Translations under genes and position numbers: made by a program
Source of the DNA: a virus
DNA length: 64,000 nt
Strand: one strand, 5' to 3'
IMG/VR virus record: IMGVR_UViG_3300045988_160931
Location: 1-64,000 of that record
Notes under the pieces: model-generated
What the model was told of the DNA's origin: nothing
What the model saw: only the letters and a program-made list of their open reading frames with translations
Database searches by the model: none
Shown: one piece after another, positions 16,842-26,113 of the stretch
Numbering within the stretch: the first letter of the stretch is position 1
How the letters are laid out: every line of letters begins with the position of its first letter

Positions 16842-17369
16842 ATGATTGATTTATTAGCAAAGGGGTATATATCTCAGGATTTTTTTGAATGGTTAAAAGA
16901 GAATGGGTTTACAACTGCTCCGGCAAGTACAAAATATCATGGTGCCTGTGAAGGTGGATTGTATAAGCATTCTAAAGCAGTTATGGATACACTTGTAGAC
17001 TTTACTAAGAAACTGGGGTTACAATGGCAGGACGAGCGTTCTCCGTACATCGTAGGTATGTTTCATGATCTGTGTAAGATAGATCAGTACAAGATAAAAG
17101 AAGAATTTTATAACAATAACTGTAATGCGAAAATCTCTACCAGTTATGAGTATAATGAAAATGTTCTTCTAAAAGGACATGGGTTAAAGTCTGTAATGCT
17201 GTTGAGTCAGTTTATGACATTGACAGAAGAAGAAATTATGTGTATTCGATACCATATGGGAGCATATGAAAAGGATGATTGGGTACAGTTCGATTTGGCG
17301 ATTAAAAAATATCCGAATATATTATTTACACATACTGCGGATATGTATGCAAGTAAGCTAATTCAATAA
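16842..17369 (+). CDS. HD-domain phosphohydrolase
   Basis: KYHG...GLYKHS, GMFHDLCK and RYHMG metal-binding motifs. Confidence 0.75.
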   Translation: MIDLLAKGYISQDFFEWLKENGFTTAPASTKYHGACEGGLYKHSKAVMDTLVDFTKKLGLQWQDERSPYIVGMFHDLCKIDQYKIKEEFYNNNCNAKISTSYEYNENVLLKGHGLKSVMLLSQFMTLTEEEIMCIRYHMGAYEKDDWVQFDLAIKKYPNILFTHTADMYASKLIQ

Positions 17370-17387
17370 TAGGAGACAGTGAATAAA

Positions 17388-17828
17388 ATGCGTGATATTT
17401 TATTTAGAGGTAAGAGAGTTGATACAGGAGAATGGGTTGAGGGATATTTTTGCAAATATCCTAATCAGTTTAAGGGATATTTTTGTAAAAATCCTAACCA
17501 GTTTAGTGGATTTTTAAAGCCTCATATTTTCGTATCATCGTATGATGAAGAAAAAGAAACCGGAAGTTGTACAGCTTACCCTATTATTCAAGATACTGTG
17601 CAACAGTTTACAGAGCTATTTGACAGAAATGGTAAGAAAATTTTTGAGGGCGACATTGTAGATATATTGACCGAAAATGAAGAACGAGGTGTCATAACAT
17701 ATGAGGACGGTGGTTTTGTCGTGAAGGCATCGACATTTGTAGTTGATTTCATGTCAAATATAAATGGAGAAGATGTAGAAGTCCTTGGAAATATTGTGGA
17801 TAACCCAGAATTATTTGAGGAGGAATGA
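17388..17828 (+). CDS. YopX-family protein
   Basis: ILFRGKR...NGKKIFEGDIVD...VLGNIVDNPELFEE (alternative start GTG 17379). Confidence 0.7.
   Translation: MRDILFRGKRVDTGEWVEGYFCKYPNQFKGYFCKNPNQFSGFLKPHIFVSSYDEEKETGSCTAYPIIQDTVQQFTELFDRNGKKIFEGDIVDILTENEERGVITYEDGGFVVKASTFVVDFMSNINGEDVEVLGNIVDNPELFEEE
17441..17506 (+). repeat. 33-bp in-frame tandem duplication
   Basis: Unit 17441-17473 vs 17474-17506 with 4 mismatches; encodes GYFCKYPNQFK / GYFCKNPNQFS. Confidence 0.85.
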
Positions 17829-17829
17829 A

Positions 17830-18087
17830 ATGAAAGCTAAATGGGAAACAGTAAGTAACTTAAAAAAGATTGGCAGTAAAAAATGTAATTTGCTTATTGG
17901 CAAATGTACAAATTGTGGTTTTACAGTATGTGATATATTAAATCATTTTGATTTATACAATCATTGTCCTAATTGTGGTGCAACAATTTACAGGTCGGGT
18001 TCCCCAAATACAAATGATAGTGAGAATGATACAAATACAAAAAACATATTCTTATGCCAGAACCGCAGAATGGTTGGTTTGGGGTAA
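17830..18087 (+). CDS. zinc-ribbon protein
   Basis: GAGGAGGA SD; CTNCG...CPNCG. Confidence 0.6.
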   Translation: MKAKWETVSNLKKIGSKKCNLLIGKCTNCGFTVCDILNHFDLYNHCPNCGATIYRSGSPNTNDSENDTNTKNIFLCQNRRMVGLG

Positions 18088-18353
18088 CGAGTGATAATAA
18101 ATGGTTTGTTATTATTCGACAGCCAGATTCAGATGAATACCTAATGGTATATGAGAATGGTGGATATGATGTAGGAACGGTATCTGAGGTATTCGATGAG
18201 TCAGAACACGATTTTAATAGATATGGTAAATGTATAGATGGTAATAAGATTATTCGACTTATAAATGCTATCAGCTTTGAGTATGCAAAGTGTTGCCCAG
18301 TCTATCACAAAGATATTATCTGGGAAAGGGGGATAAAGCAATGGCAGGCGTAA
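18054..18353 (+). CDS. hypothetical protein
   Basis: ORF overlaps its neighbours in operon style. Confidence 0.55.
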   Translation: MPEPQNGWFGVTSDNKWFVIIRQPDSDEYLMVYENGGYDVGTVSEVFDESEHDFNRYGKCIDGNKIIRLINAISFEYAKCCPVYHKDIIWERGIKQWQA

Positions 18354-18646
18354 ACATCCTACCCATACCTTCGGTATATGTTTCACTATCAGAACTCAAA
18401 GACGGAGAGACGTTTACATTCAGATATGGTGATAGAGAGCATCGTTTCACAGACCATATTTATATGTGCGTGGACGAAAACTATGTTGGTGAAAGAATTG
18501 TGATTGACTTAACTGTCTTTGATTCTTTTTACATTGGCGATTCCGAATCAATAGATGTGCGGAGAGTTAAGTGTAAAATTGTTGCCGAAGATGATGAAAA
18601 AGAGATAGTTGAGAAATTGTATGATGTAATATCTAAATGGAAATAG
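18341..18646 (+). CDS. hypothetical protein
   Basis: ATG 18341 follows AAGGGGGA. Confidence 0.6.
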   Translation: MAGVNILPIPSVYVSLSELKDGETFTFRYGDREHRFTDHIYMCVDENYVGERIVIDLTVFDSFYIGDSESIDVRRVKCKIVAEDDEKEIVEKLYDVISKWK

Positions 18647-18716
18647 CACTGTATAGATATTACACAAGCGAAATCTTCTATGATATGAGAGAAAGAAGTT
18701 GTGGAGGTATGATGTA

Positions 18717-19016
18717 ATGGCAAGTATTAAAGACTTAAAGAGAATGTGCAGAAACCACGAGGAGTGCAATGGCTGCCCTTTATATATTGGAGGATTTGCA
18801 CAGTGTACACCAAGTGAGTTTCCTGATAATGTTGATGAAATCATTGACAAATGGGTATCCGATCATCCTGTAAAAACATATGCTATGGATTTTCTTGGGA
18901 AATTTCCAAACGCACATGTGGATAGATATAAAACTCCTAAAGTTTGTAGAGTCATTATTTATGGTAACAACTGTCCTAAGGAATGCCATATAGTGTCAAG
19001 TTGTGCTGACTGTTGA
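18717..19016 (+). CDS. cysteine-rich hypothetical protein
   Basis: ATG 18717 lies 9 nt after GGAGG. Confidence 0.6.
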   Translation: MASIKDLKRMCRNHEECNGCPLYIGGFAQCTPSEFPDNVDEIIDKWVSDHPVKTYAMDFLGKFPNAHVDRYKTPKVCRVIIYGNNCPKECHIVSSCADC

Positions 19017-19035
19017 GGTATGGAGATAAAGGAAG

Positions 19036-19380
19036 ATGACTGAAAAACTGAAACCGTGCCCGTTTTGCGGAAGCGACGAATTAAAAATACTTTGCGGAGA
19101 GTGCGGCGTATTCGTAGGCTGTACGATTTGCGGTTGCTGTACTCAAGCTGTCCCATTATCCGCAACTTATGCAGCTAAACCAGAAGCAATTGCCGCATGG
19201 AACCGAAGAGCCGGTGTTGCCCCCAATAAGGCACAATGGGAGATTTGCTGTGACGGCTATTACCCGTACTGTAGTAACTGCCACAAAGAACCGCAAGGGC
19301 GAGAGATGACGAGGTACTGCCCCAACTGCGGAGCAGAGATGTGTAATCCAAAAATTCCGAAAAGGAGCGAAAGAAAATGA
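19036..19380 (+). CDS. Lar-like (restriction alleviation family) zinc-ribbon protein
   Basis: N-terminal LKPCPFCGSDEL signature; C-terminal CPNCG. Confidence 0.6.
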   Translation: MTEKLKPCPFCGSDELKILCGECGVFVGCTICGCCTQAVPLSATYAAKPEAIAAWNRRAGVAPNKAQWEICCDGYYPYCSNCHKEPQGREMTRYCPNCGAEMCNPKIPKRSERK

Positions 19381-19760
19381 GTAAAATCAAGTTGAAGTCT
19401 TGTCCGTTCTGCGGCAGCACAAAACTAAAGATTGACAGCAAGCGCACTTTCAATTACAACAAAAGACATTGCTCTGTTACAGTAAGATGTATGAAATGTC
19501 ATGCAAGAAGTCCTGTTGTTGGAATCAATCTGGAAAAGAATCAGTACAATGAGCGTGAACTTTGTGAATCACAAGTAACGGAATCTTGGAACAAACGAGT
19601 ATCAGAACTTGAACATAGACCTATAGTCCATGCACATTGGGCTTTTCGTACAAGTTATAGTTTCAAATGCTCAAATTGTGGAGAAATCGGATATATAATT
19701 TCACATCGATTCTGTCCGAACTGTGGTGCAAAGATGGATATGAAGGGGGAAGATAAATAA
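19377..19760 (+). CDS. Lar-like zinc-ribbon protein
   Basis: LKSCPFCGSTKL signature; C-terminal CPNCG; ATGA start/stop overlap. Confidence 0.6.
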   Translation: MSKIKLKSCPFCGSTKLKIDSKRTFNYNKRHCSVTVRCMKCHARSPVVGINLEKNQYNERELCESQVTESWNKRVSELEHRPIVHAHWAFRTSYSFKCSNCGEIGYIISHRFCPNCGAKMDMKGEDK

Positions 19761-19978
19761 TGACTGAATTTGTTTCAAAAATTAACAGGAATGAATATGA
19801 AATCACTTTCAAAACAAGCATCTGGTCTGAATACAAAGAGATTCAAGAAGCTATGAGATCTATCATAGATAATCACAAAACAGCACCTATACACTTAAAT
19901 ACAAATACTTGCGTAAGCTGCGGTGCAGAGATTCCTGAAGGTTATCATGTTTGTCCAATATGCTCGAAGGAGTGGTAA
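19760..19978 (+). CDS. zinc-ribbon protein
   Basis: CVSCG...CPIC. Confidence 0.6.
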   Translation: MTEFVSKINRNEYEITFKTSIWSEYKEIQEAMRSIIDNHKTAPIHLNTNTCVSCGAEIPEGYHVCPICSKEW

Positions 19979-19981
19979 TTT

Positions 19982-20320
19982 ATGGGAAATATTTGTAAGA
20001 TATGTGGTAAATCTAGGTTTATGTTTTCATGGGAAGATATTTGCTACACTTGTAAGCAGAAGAAAGACCTAGCAGAAATGCAGCAGAAAATAAAAAATAA
20101 AGAAAGTGACATTGATACATTCTCAAATAGCTATATCATTTGCCCGTATTGTGGTAATGCGTTAGATACTGAGTATGGATATGAGGACTTTCCAGAACTA
20201 TATGAAGAAGGGGATCACGAACTAGAATGTAGTGGGTGTGGAAAGACGTTTATAATGGAGACAATGGTATCATACTCCTATGAAACACGTAAACCTGATG
20301 AATCGTCATTGAGATTATAA
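19982..20320 (+). CDS. double zinc-ribbon protein
   Basis: CKICG..CYTC and CPYCG...CSGCG. Confidence 0.6.
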   Translation: MGNICKICGKSRFMFSWEDICYTCKQKKDLAEMQQKIKNKESDIDTFSNSYIICPYCGNALDTEYGYEDFPELYEEGDHELECSGCGKTFIMETMVSYSYETRKPDESSLRL

Positions 20321-20342
20321 ATAAACTAAGGAGAATTTTCAT

Positions 20343-20612
20343 ATGATTACAAATTTTCGAGACTGGAAGATGTTTGCGCATGAGTTCTATGTGTACGAAA
20401 TAAACGATCATCGTAGATATGAGATACTGGTTGAATTTTATGAACAGTACACAAATATACTCAACGCTATTGTGACACTGTACATCTCGGGATATTACTA
20501 TGATAAGAGATTAGAATCTGGTAAATGCTATAACAGACATCGCCTAGTTGATTCGAAACCGCTTCATGAAGCATTAGAGGTCGCACATAGGCATTATGAA
20601 ACAAATTTTTAA
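20343..20612 (+). CDS. hypothetical protein
   Basis: AAGGAG SD. Confidence 0.6.
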   Translation: MITNFRDWKMFAHEFYVYEINDHRRYEILVEFYEQYTNILNAIVTLYISGYYYDKRLESGKCYNRHRLVDSKPLHEALEVAHRHYETNF

Positions 20613-20632
20613 TAAGGATGGTGTTACCCGTA

Positions 20633-20812
20633 ATGAACGTAAAAGAACTTATTGAACAGTTACAAAGATTTGACGAAGATACCGAAGTACGAATCATTGA
20701 CATAGATTCTGATCCGTTAGATGGTGCTACAGGATTGGAATGCTCAAATACATATATGCTTACTCATGGTGCGACTGGCAAATCACTTGTATGTATTATT
20801 CCGGCGATGTAA
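20633..20812 (+). CDS. hypothetical protein
   Basis: ATG 20633 follows AAGGATGGTG. Confidence 0.55.
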   Translation: MNVKELIEQLQRFDEDTEVRIIDIDSDPLDGATGLECSNTYMLTHGATGKSLVCIIPAM

Positions 20813-20851
20813 TGTTATTTAATATTATTTTTGTGTAAGGAAATGGTGTTT

Positions 20852-21085
20852 ATGAAAAATGCTATTAAAATGAGCGAATGGGCTTTCAGAACGCTCACAG
20901 AAGAAGAAAATAAAATGCTTACCGATACAATCGATACAATTTGTAAAAACCACGAAGAAGGATCGTGGGCGAGAATATACTATGCGATTACAACAACAGT
21001 AACTCATATATTGTCTCAAAAGCATGCAGATGAAATGTTAGAGGAACTTGATAAAAAAGAAGATGGAACAAATGACTGTGAATGA
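20852..21085 (+). CDS. hypothetical protein
   Basis: ATG 20852 lies 9 nt after GTAAGGAA. Confidence 0.55.
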   Translation: MKNAIKMSEWAFRTLTEEENKMLTDTIDTICKNHEEGSWARIYYAITTTVTHILSQKHADEMLEELDKKEDGTNDCE

Positions 21086-21193
21086 GTTGATTCAGCCGGC
21101 ATTGTGAAAACGGTAACCCCGATTTGGGAAACTGCGGAAACATTACGCCAACGGTACGAAACATTAATTATTAATTGATTGGATGTGTTTGTT

Positions 21194-21457
21194 ATGAGAC
21201 ATTTTGATATTTTTTATGGTATGGATACCGAAGAGCTTCAGAACTTACAAACAATCACAGAGTTAATGTACACTGCAAAAACATTGTATCGCAATGTCAG
21301 TGAACTTCATTCTCAAATCTGTCGTTCTCAGGACAGAACGATATCCGAATTATCACTCGATGCAACTTTGGCATTCAATAAATTATATGATGCACTTCAA
21401 ACTGAACAAAAAACGATATTGAATGACATTGAGATTGATATGCCTGAAACTACATGA
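21194..21457 (+). CDS. hypothetical protein
   Basis: ORF 21179..21457; first ATG at 21194; weak SD. Confidence 0.5.
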   Translation: MRHFDIFYGMDTEELQNLQTITELMYTAKTLYRNVSELHSQICRSQDRTISELSLDATLAFNKLYDALQTEQKTILNDIEIDMPETT

Positions 21458-21654
21458 CATACAAAATGCGGCACTGCCCTAATTGTGGTAGGTGTTTGTT
21501 TGAAAATCGTAATTGATGTCATTAGCATTGACAAAATTTATGTGGAAGTATTATGTACAGATAATGTGTTATGCTACGAAGGCGTGACTTTTGAAGAAGC
21601 GGAAAAATGGAGTGGTATGATGCAAGCGTTATTCTGGCGTAGGAGATGAGAACT

Positions 21655-22503
21655 ATGGGAAAAATCTATGTAGGTTTGTACGGTGGCAAATCAATATTCA
21701 AAGGGAAAGAAGTTCCATTACAAGGCGACACAATTTACTGTGAGTGTCCGGACAAATGTTCTTTTTACAAAGAGGGAAAGTGCCTATGTATAAGAAGACT
21801 GGGCATTAAATGCCCTAACGGAACAGTAACCACGGAAAAAGGCTACACTAGCCGAGCAAAGAAGTATGGAGCGTTCCGCCAGAAATACATAAGCGATGAA
21901 ACATATGCTAGATTAAAAGCCCCTTTATATAACCGATTTGCAGTTGTTGGAGATAATTATTGGTTTAGCACTGGCTATGTAAGAGCAAGAAAAGCAAAAG
22001 AAGATGATTCTCCCAGAGAAGTGATGTCCGGATATGTGTTATGGAGTAACATCGGGACATCGGAATTTTGTATTCCAATTGTCGATATGAATATACAGCT
22101 GCTAAACGCCATTCTTTCATATTCACCACGAAATATATTTGGAGAAAGCTTAGAAAAATATTATCTTGAATATGTGGCTGATATTTTGAAGGAAATGCAG
22201 GAAATCGCACCGGAGATGTATCAAGAGCTGACAGAGAAATATCCGGAGTACAAAAGTGAGAAGTATATTCCGAACTACGTTGGCAGATACGCCTATACCC
22301 GAACACTGCGTGACGGCTGTACAATTCATGATGGTCTTGGAAATGTCGGCGTTCTGAAAGACGGAAAGATTTACTGTGATAACCTCAAAGGCATTGTGCC
22401 GTTTGGCGGTGAATCGGCTTCTGTCGTGATAGAGCTGGGAGAAACCAGTACCATCAAAATAACCGACAATTCGCAGGTATGTGAAAGAACAATTTTCAAG
22501 TAA
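21655..22503 (+). CDS. hypothetical protein
   Basis: ATG 21655 lies 9 nt after AGGAG; cysteine-rich N-terminus. Confidence 0.7.
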   Translation: MGKIYVGLYGGKSIFKGKEVPLQGDTIYCECPDKCSFYKEGKCLCIRRLGIKCPNGTVTTEKGYTSRAKKYGAFRQKYISDETYARLKAPLYNRFAVVGDNYWFSTGYVRARKAKEDDSPREVMSGYVLWSNIGTSEFCIPIVDMNIQLLNAILSYSPRNIFGESLEKYYLEYVADILKEMQEIAPEMYQELTEKYPEYKSEKYIPNYVGRYAYTRTLRDGCTIHDGLGNVGVLKDGKIYCDNLKGIVPFGGESASVVIELGETSTIKITDNSQVCERTIFK

Positions 22504-22515
22504 GGAGAATGCGGT

Positions 22516-22680
22516 ATGAAAAGACGGAAAGAAATTAAATTTTACAAAGTTGAGGGATATGTAACTGCGGAGAATGAAAAACAGAAAAATTATCGTCCAT
22601 CAGGTAATGCAACTGCATATATCCCACCTGTGGTAATTGGTTATAGTAAAAGGAGATTTGATAAAGATGGAAGAAACTAA
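22516..22680 (+). CDS. small hypothetical protein (54 aa)
   Basis: AAGGAG 22502-22507, ATG 22516; below the ORF-track cutoff. Confidence 0.4.
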   Translation: MKRRKEIKFYKVEGYVTAENEKQKNYRPSGNATAYIPPVVIGYSKRRFDKDGRN

Positions 22681-23020
22681 TATTAAAGAATGCCTATTCT
22701 GTGGCAACAAGCCGACAATAATCACGAGATATTTGAATTATGAGAAGCCGACATATCAAGTGAAATGTAAATTGTGCGGAACTACAACAATAGAATCTTC
22801 TTCTGAAAAAAATATAATTGATTTTTTGAATCAAAGATTGACTGGTAAACCAAAAACATACCGTCAGTATTTTGAAGAAAATTTTCCGAAAGATAAATTC
22901 CCAAATGCTGATTATGAGGGGATGTGTAGAGAAATGTTTTTCGGGAATGATAACAGGGATTATAATTGTGCTTATGGCGAAACTTCTTGTGAAAAATGTT
23001 GGAACGAAGAAATAAAATAA
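22667..23020 (+). CDS. Lar-like zinc-ribbon protein
   Basis: IKECLFCGNKPT signature; ATG 22667 follows AAGGAG. Confidence 0.55.
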   Translation: MEETNIKECLFCGNKPTIITRYLNYEKPTYQVKCKLCGTTTIESSSEKNIIDFLNQRLTGKPKTYRQYFEENFPKDKFPNADYEGMCREMFFGNDNRDYNCAYGETSCEKCWNEEIK

Positions 23021-23059
23021 GATGTGTAGGATGGTGACAAAATAAAAGGTGGTATTGAA

Positions 23060-23542
23060 ATGGAACAGTTTTACGAAATCACACCACAGAGTAAGCGGTT
23101 TGCAGAGTGCATGACCTACTGGAATGAGTCCGATAAGCAAAGTGAAAAAGTCAGAGAGTTTATGAGCAATCATAACATTCCGTCACCTGCTCTTTGGAGA
23201 GGAAATATTCTCTACATTAAGAAATATTCAGATATGTCTGACAACAATTTCTTGAAGAAAACAGTCAAAGACAATGGGAGTGTTTATTACGGCATCAAAA
23301 AGACAGGTTTTCTCGGCAAGGAACTGAAATCCCTTGGAGTTTGCAGAGTGTATAAGCCGTTTGTGCCGATCTTCTTTGAAGAAACGATTTCGAAGGCAAG
23401 TGTTCGCTTGTTCCCAGCCAACGGGAAAGTCTATTGCAGTGTAGAACATAATCTGGAGAAGCCTCTGACTTGTCCGGAAGGATTCGTTGAAATGAAAGGC
23501 AGTGCGTTCTATGAAATTATGGAAGGTGAGGAAGATGCGTAA
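23060..23542 (+). CDS. hypothetical protein (upstream partner of the Panacea-domain gene)
   Basis: AAAGGTGG SD; its 3' end overlaps the next start by 8 nt. Confidence 0.65.
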   Translation: MEQFYEITPQSKRFAECMTYWNESDKQSEKVREFMSNHNIPSPALWRGNILYIKKYSDMSDNNFLKKTVKDNGSVYYGIKKTGFLGKELKSLGVCRVYKPFVPIFFEETISKASVRLFPANGKVYCSVEHNLEKPLTCPEGFVEMKGSAFYEIMEGEEDA

Positions 23543-24044
23543 GCCTTATCAGGCAAAAACCATTGCAAAGTTTCTGATAGAGGCAGCAGAAGCGGCAGAG
23601 CCTACTATCTGCATGACGAACAGCAAATTGAACTCTATATTGTACTATGTGCAGGCATGGTACATGATAAAGTATGGTACGCCTTGTTTTACAGATCAGC
23701 TGTATGCTTATAGCTGGGGCGTAGCTGTAGAAGATGTACATTACACTTTCCGTATGTTTGGAAACTGTTCTTTGTGGGGGGTTATGGCAAAGAAGATAAA
23801 AACGGATGAAAAACTAGAAAAGAAAGACCAGGAACAAATCTGTAAAGTGCTATATAAAATGGGAATATATGATGCAGCGATATTAAATCGAGCCATTATG
23901 AATCAAAGACCGTATTATGACATTTATACTACTACCAACGGTGCTAATGGCATATTTGGTGTTATTACACCGGAAAGTCTGAGAGAATATTTTTTGTGGA
24001 AGGAGAAAAATGGTAAAATATGGATACGCCAAAATTTGAAATAG
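23535..24044 (+). CDS. Panacea / DUF4065 (GepA/SocA-like) domain protein
   Basis: MTNSKLNSILYYVQAWYMIKYGTPCFTDQLYAYSWGVAVEDVHYTF fits the DUF4065 pattern. Confidence 0.7.
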   Translation: MRKPYQAKTIAKFLIEAAEAAEPTICMTNSKLNSILYYVQAWYMIKYGTPCFTDQLYAYSWGVAVEDVHYTFRMFGNCSLWGVMAKKIKTDEKLEKKDQEQICKVLYKMGIYDAAILNRAIMNQRPYYDIYTTTNGANGIFGVITPESLREYFLWKEKNGKIWIRQNLK

Positions 24045-24223
24045 AAGGAATTCTATCTGTACAGATTTGTGATTCAAGTGGTGTAATTTTAGATTTAACA
24101 TCAGAATGTGATTCGGGGTTTGATGAAAATAATATTCTGGAAAATGAAGTCCCAAAATATCATTTCAAAGATAGAGTTGCTTATCCATCTAGGAAAATCA
24201 AAAAACAGAATGGGGATGATTAA
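24020..24223 (+). CDS. small hypothetical protein
   Basis: ORF only; weak SD. Confidence 0.35.
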   Translation: MDTPKFEIEGILSVQICDSSGVILDLTSECDSGFDENNILENEVPKYHFKDRVAYPSRKIKKQNGDD

Positions 24224-25418
24224 AATAAGTTTGTATTTAGATAATGCAGCTACTACAAAAGTATCAGATAGTGTAATTGCTGCAATGATGCCATATTTTT
24301 CAGATAAATGGCAAAATCCTTCTTCGCTATATGCTGTCGATATTGATTCAAAAATCATAGAAGCTAGAAAAATAATTGGGAAGTTTATCGGAGATGAAAG
24401 AGGGAATATCTTTTTTACTTCTGGCGGCAGTGAATCTAACTGCTGGGCGATTGAAGGTTTTGTAAATCGTGCAAGATTAGAAGGGTGCAATCCGGTTATA
24501 ATTACAAGCAAGGTGGAGCATAAAAGTATTTTGGAATGCGTTAAGAATATTGATACAGATGTATATTATCTCCCTGTGCATTTTAACGGAACAATATACT
24601 ATGATGAGTTAGACCGTATTTTAAGTGTTACAGTTGAGAATAAGAAAAACAAAATTTTAGTTTCTATCCAATATGCGAATAATGAAACTGGTGCAGTACA
24701 AGATATTCAAAAGATTGCAGCAATTACACATTCATGTGGAGGTTTACTTCATGTAGATGCTACTCAGGCATTTGGGAAAATTCCCATTGATGTAGTGAAT
24801 GATGCTGATATTCCCGACCTTGACACTTCAATTGATATGCTTACAGCAAGTGGGCATAAGATCGGAACTCCAAAGGGAATCGGGTTCCTTTATATTAAGG
24901 ATGAATCTTGTATTACACCAATTATTTATGGTAGCCAAAATTATGGTATGCGTGGTGGAACTGAAAATGTACCGTATATAATGGGGTTGAAACAGGCGGT
25001 TCAAGACTTAGAAGATGGTGATTGCTGTAATCAAAAAGTTTATGAGAATCTAAAGCTTTCAGAAAAGAAAAGAGATTTGTTTGCTGATAAACTTCATTTT
25101 AATTTTAATTGTAGAATCAATGGTTACTACAAAAAAATACCTAATATATTAAGCGTAACATTCTTAGATGCACCTTGTACAGCAGAATCAATGGTCTATT
25201 TATTAGAATTAGACGGTATTTTTGTTTCAGCTGGTTCTGCTTGTAATTCACATTCTGATAAACCATCTTATGTTTTAAGTGCAATGGGACTTGATAATGA
25301 TAAAATAACAAAGACATTGCGAATCTCATTCGATAATAGTATAACAGAAGATAATATGGATAAATTCGTTTCAGCATTAAAAAAATGTTTTGCTACATTT
25401 GACAAGAAGGGAAAGTGA
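24216..25418 (+). CDS. cysteine desulfurase (NifS/IscS-like class V aminotransferase)
   Basis: LDNAATT, PLP-lysine motif SGHKIGTPKGIGFLYI, and active-site SAGSACNS. Start is ATG 24216 or 24210. Confidence 0.85.
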   Translation: MIKISLYLDNAATTKVSDSVIAAMMPYFSDKWQNPSSLYAVDIDSKIIEARKIIGKFIGDERGNIFFTSGGSESNCWAIEGFVNRARLEGCNPVIITSKVEHKSILECVKNIDTDVYYLPVHFNGTIYYDELDRILSVTVENKKNKILVSIQYANNETGAVQDIQKIAAITHSCGGLLHVDATQAFGKIPIDVVNDADIPDLDTSIDMLTASGHKIGTPKGIGFLYIKDESCITPIIYGSQNYGMRGGTENVPYIMGLKQAVQDLEDGDCCNQKVYENLKLSEKKRDLFADKLHFNFNCRINGYYKKIPNILSVTFLDAPCTAESMVYLLELDGIFVSAGSACNSHSDKPSYVLSAMGLDNDKITKTLRISFDNSITEDNMDKFVSALKKCFATFDKKGK

Positions 25419-25422
25419 TAGT

Positions 25423-25845
25423 TTGAAGAAGATTTATTTAGCTGGTGGGATGACTGGTCTTACTTACAAAGAACAACATGAGTGGAGATTGAATTTTATA
25501 TCGCAAATTCGGAGAAATGATTCTGGATTTGATAGACCGAAGTTTTTTGATCCACCACTTTACTATGATGTAAATGAAGTAAATGATATTGAAACTCAAA
25601 AAGAAGCTATGGATTTTGACTTGTTTAATTTGTGCAAGTCAGATGTTGTTATTGTCAATTTCAATGTGCCAAATTCAATCGGGACAGCAATGGAAATTGC
25701 AATTGCAAGAGAGCATGGTATCCCGGTGATTGGATTAAATGAAGATCATAATAAATTACATCCGTGGCTAAGATTAAATGCGATGAAGATCTGTGACAGT
25801 ATGGAAGAACTAGTTGCTTTTGTTAAGCAGTTCTTTTTAGATTGA
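25423..25845 (+). CDS. nucleoside 2-deoxyribosyltransferase-like protein
   Basis: IYLAGGM...SDVVIVNF...IGTAMEIAIAREHGIPVIGL fits the NDT-like fold pattern; TTG 25423 follows GGGAAAGTGA. Confidence 0.6.
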   Translation: MKKIYLAGGMTGLTYKEQHEWRLNFISQIRRNDSGFDRPKFFDPPLYYDVNEVNDIETQKEAMDFDLFNLCKSDVVIVNFNVPNSIGTAMEIAIAREHGIPVIGLNEDHNKLHPWLRLNAMKICDSMEELVAFVKQFFLD

Positions 25846-25864
25846 TGAAATTGGAGGATGTAAT

Positions 25865-26113
25865 ATGGGAATTCATGTTAATGGTGTATATGTAGTTGGT
25901 GGGAATTGTAATGAGAAAGGGAACATTATTAGGATTTATAAGCATAAATATGAGTGTTATTACTATTTTACAATCAAAGGGAATCGTAGGCATGGTTATT
26001 TCGCAGATGGTTCCCCATTTTCTAAAAGCCTAATTTTTTATGGGTATGATGATTTTATTAAATTAAAAAAAATAAAGGAGAGAATGATATGGACGAAAAG
26101 ATTGTTGTACTGA
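25865..26113 (+). CDS. hypothetical protein
   Basis: TGGAGGATG SD. Confidence 0.5.
   Translation: MGIHVNGVYVVGGNCNEKGNIIRIYKHKYECYYYFTIKGNRRHGYFADGSPFSKSLIFYGYDDFIKLKKIKERMIWTKRLLY

Noticed and set aside
21485-21649. Possible 54-codon GTG-initiated ORF between 21457 and 21646
   Set aside because: The reading frame looks protein-like (…IDKIYVEVLCTDNVLCYEGVTFEEAEKW…), but it has no SD and only a GTG/TTG start. The support is too weak to list as a feature.
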